Part shown: in pieces, positions 23,001-26,516 of the stretch
Position numbering within the stretch: position 1 is the first letter of the stretch
Layout of the letters: every line of letters starts with the position of its first letter
Source: Ginkgo biloba
Lineage: Eukaryota; Plantae; Ginkgophyta
DNA length: 26,516 nucleotides
Reading direction: 5' to 3'
Assembly: GCA_024626585.2 (NCBI GenBank)
Contig: JANKJI020000004.1
Location: forward strand, 144,620,819 to 144,647,334
Position numbers and translations under genes: made by a program
Notes under the pieces: model-generated
Told to the model about the DNA's origin: nothing
The model's database searches: none
Seen by the model: only the letters and a program-made list of their open reading frames with translations

Positions 23001-26000
23001 ATATTTTATCCATTGTCAACTTGACCAATTCGTACTGGATATAGCATGGGTGTTTGACTTGATTTATATTTCTAGAATTGACCTTGGAAGCTTGGAGATT
23101 CTTTGCAAATCAATGTCGATACAATTATGCATACCATCTAAATTAAGGAGTATAGGAGCCTCAATCATGATATTGCCTTTGACCTTTCACGTCCATGGTC
23201 TAATCACACCTATTGATGTCAATGGAGCTCATTAAAAAAACATTCTTTAACATGATCACTATGCGACTGTGTCTAATGGTCTTCTCATGCTTAAATTTTG
23301 CTTCTTGTATTACTTGATCATTCATAAATTCCTCATCATCTTCTTCATCATGTATAACTTTTTCTTCATTTTTTTCTTTGTATTGTTCTTGTACTACTTC
23401 TTTACGATATTCTCTCTAATTAATCATGTTTCAAAACCATTCACTTATATGTTTCCTTTATTTGTATAAATGTTTTTAATATGCTTTTCTTAAGCTTAAT
23501 ATCCATCATTATCTTTTGACCTTGTTCTTGAAACCCATAATGTCCACTTTTACAATCACTTTTCTAAGAATGGCCATGAAAAGCTACTTTTTGGAAGTTC
23601 CTATGGAGTCATTAGGCGACCAAAATTGAATTTATTTATATGAATATAGAGTATTATAATCTGGTCTTCTTGAATATACAAAATCTTTAAAAAGATTTTG
23701 ACTTATTAGCTAATAAATTCATTGTTATAGTTTAAACCTTGGAAGCAAATTCAAAATGCTAATCAAATTTGTTTTTATTATTATGGGAACTTCTAAATTC
23801 CAAATGAGGTCAAGTTATTATTTTATTTTGTCTGACTTACTATGAATTTTTTAAACACAGAGAAAATATTGTGAAACTTCAATACAAACCAACAAAAATA
23901 TCTATGATATAACTAAGCATTACTAAAAAACCTAAAAACATCTGCAAGAATTATACTAATTTTTAGGAGTGATTACTAAATCATATGGTGGGTAATGAAT
24001 TTGGAATAACAAAATTTGTACTTTAGGAATATGCAAATGAATTCTAAAAATTATGAATTTTAGTGGTAAAAATATTGCAATTACAGTTGCATAATCTAAA
24101 CATCGTGAAAACTCTAGTTAGAATTACGTTAGGATTTTTTACAATGTCCAACATTTAAATAAAGTGAAATATTTTTAATGTTTTGATGTCTATATTTAAG
24201 ATCTATGGATTTGGTAATTTTACTGTTTTGTTGCCTAAATCATCTAAAACCTTGCAAAACAACTTCAAAACTGCTAAAAGACAGGGGCACTTCAATTGCA
24301 CTTTTTGGGAGCTTTTAAAATTCAAATTAGATATTTTTTCTAAAATCAATTATATCAAATAGATTTTTGAGATACAAGGATTATAACTCTTTTTATAAGT
24401 GATCTATTCTTACATAGTCAACACTTCTTGTGAGACAAATAGAGAGGGAACATATATATGACTTATGTCAGTTTGTGATTAGAGATGTTGGCAAGAAGCA
24501 TAAGTTGGATAGAGCTTATGTTTTAATAGCTTGACTTAGATCCATGAGGCATTGCTCCTTGTCCTGAACTCCTTGGTGATTGACTCAACATTCTAACATG
24601 CCATTTGTGAGAGCTTTTAGGACATCAAGAAGGACTTCTAGGCCCAAGGCCTCTAGCTAAGGAAACATCACTAATTTCTTTACTTTTAGGAGGGGGGCAT
24701 TGACCTTAGGTGCAAGGAGAGATAATTACTCTTATTTTGTTACTAGAGCTCCTTTAGGGTTTCACAATAGAGCCCTATTAGGACAGATCATGGATAAGAT
24801 GACATCTTGAGGCAACCCTTTGGAGATCTTTTAGTGATTGATGAGCAAAAGTCACAAGATTTAAAACTCCATAGTGGGAGATCTTACACCAGATGACATT
24901 TTGAGATAAGCCTTAGGGATTTTGTAGTGGTTTATAAACACATCCTATAAGCTTACAATCGTATAAATCCTACACTTTATATTCTCAAATTTATTTTGTG
25001 CTTTATGATTTGTGCTTCTTCTAGATAGGCTATCGTTGCTTTTCACATTCCCTTGGCCATCATATATGATATAAGTCTCAATCCCATTGACCATTTTTTA
25101 ATTAGTCATGGGCATTAATAGGATTTCTTTCTTTCTAATTATGTAGGAAAAAAAGAGAAAGAAATCTTGATGTCTCTAATTGTGAATTTAAAAAAAAATA
25201 GTTGAATGTCTACATTAGCTAAGAAGGGTTATTTGATACCAACTATAATAGTTCAACTACCTACATTTTTTAATAGAATAGAAAATACCTTGGTAATCAC
25301 AATATATACATAAGATATTGCACCGTGTAATAATGAAATATTGTATGCTATCAAAAATTTTAAAGATAACATAATCACAAGGTTGGACTAAGATGTGAAT
25401 AGTGGGTTTGTCCTTAAGATTTGAGTAATGAAACTTCAAAAGAAATTTTTTAGTGAAGTTAAATTTACTAATGTCTTTTGCTTAAGTCTTAGGATTAGGG
25501 GGTCTATTATGTTAAAATCACTTAAGGATCATACCCAATCCCTACTTGTTCCACTACAATCGATGGAAAGTATTTTTTGAAGTGTTCACAGTCAACTTGG
25601 TTTTGTTTACCACCCTCCATCATGGATTGTGAGAATGGAACTCAAGACCTATGTTTGGTTATAAAAATAGTTTTCCATTTGACCATAGGTTTGTGTTTTC
25701 TCTACAAAGGTTTATACTACGTAATGATGGTTACATATGAGATTGGATTGCCCTTATATATTTAATATTAGTCCTTACTTAACCCAATCTAATTAAATTT
25801 TAACCTAACCCTATACAATCTCCACAAATGCTACTATGGTTACCCTTGTAATTTTGGGTTAACCATATACTTATGTCAACAAAATTAATCATAGTTAAAT
25901 ACATACATTGAAGTTCATAAAATGCTATCCTCTCTTATCATATTTCATCCTTGAAGCATGGGCTACTATGCATAAATTTATGAAAATATTTGGGTAAAGG

Positions 26001-26004
26001 GTAA

Positions 26005-26396
26005 TATATACATACATGCACACACACACACGTGCAAACACTCTATGATGAATAATAGCCATGATTAATTTCTTTTATAGCAAAACAATCCTAACCAATT
26101 GTATCCATACCCTTTTCTCTACTTTAAATTACATGTTTGGGAATAATAGATGATATATTAACATCAAACACATTGTGTGTATGTGTGTAGGGGGAGGGAA
26201 GGAGCACAATGTACATATATTTCTGTGTGGGCATTGTGTGCATATGTGCACATATGTGTATATATGAGTAATATGCATGTTTTGAAGAAAGAGTATTAAA
26301 AGTAAGACGAAGAGAGTGTTTTATTTTTCATATGTATGTGTGTGCGCACATGCACGCACGTGTATAAATATATCCCTTTATGTGTGCATATATACA
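26005..26396. repeat. Degenerate alternating purine-pyrimidine (CA/TG/TA) microsatellite patches
   Basis: For example ATACATACATGCACACACACACACGTGC and TATGTATGTGTGTGCGCACATGCACGCACGTGTATA; a similar patch occurs at 255-292. Confidence 0.75.
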
Positions 26397-26516
26397 TTTT
26401 CCATAGAAAAAAATTAGTATTCAACCATACAAAAGTAAACATATTACAAATAATAATAATTTTACCAATCCAACCAATGTGCTAGGTAAACATTTATCAT
26501 TTCTTTCTTTGTAAGT

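Noticed and set aside
23269-23469. Phe-rich hydrophobic ORF
   Set aside because: Product of low-complexity TTC/TTT-rich sequence.

Overview
AT-rich eukaryotic genomic DNA from a gapped scaffold, with six 100-N gaps and one 21-N gap. The two protein-coding segments are plant-like, and the repeat content suggests a large-genome seed plant such as a gymnosperm (inference only). There is one intact gene, an intronless short-chain dehydrogenase/reductase (SDR) at 8831-9616 (+). A clean but C-terminally truncated cytosolic HSP90 segment follows a gap at 18601-19194. Most of the rest is decayed mobile DNA. Two Ty3/gypsy gag remnants, each with a tRNA-iMet primer-binding site (PBS), point inward at the SDR. 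There are also two LTR-like GC-richer blocks (one with about 15 W-box hexamers ahead of a TATA box), a probable LINE ORF1 remnant and several tandem or dispersed repeats. I cannot support a new biological system from this window. The best leads are a MIRNA-like hairpin at about 4069-4145, the W-box-dense LTR-like block, the truncated HSP90 with structured flanks, and a Helitron-like 3' end about 60 bp upstream of the SDR ATG.
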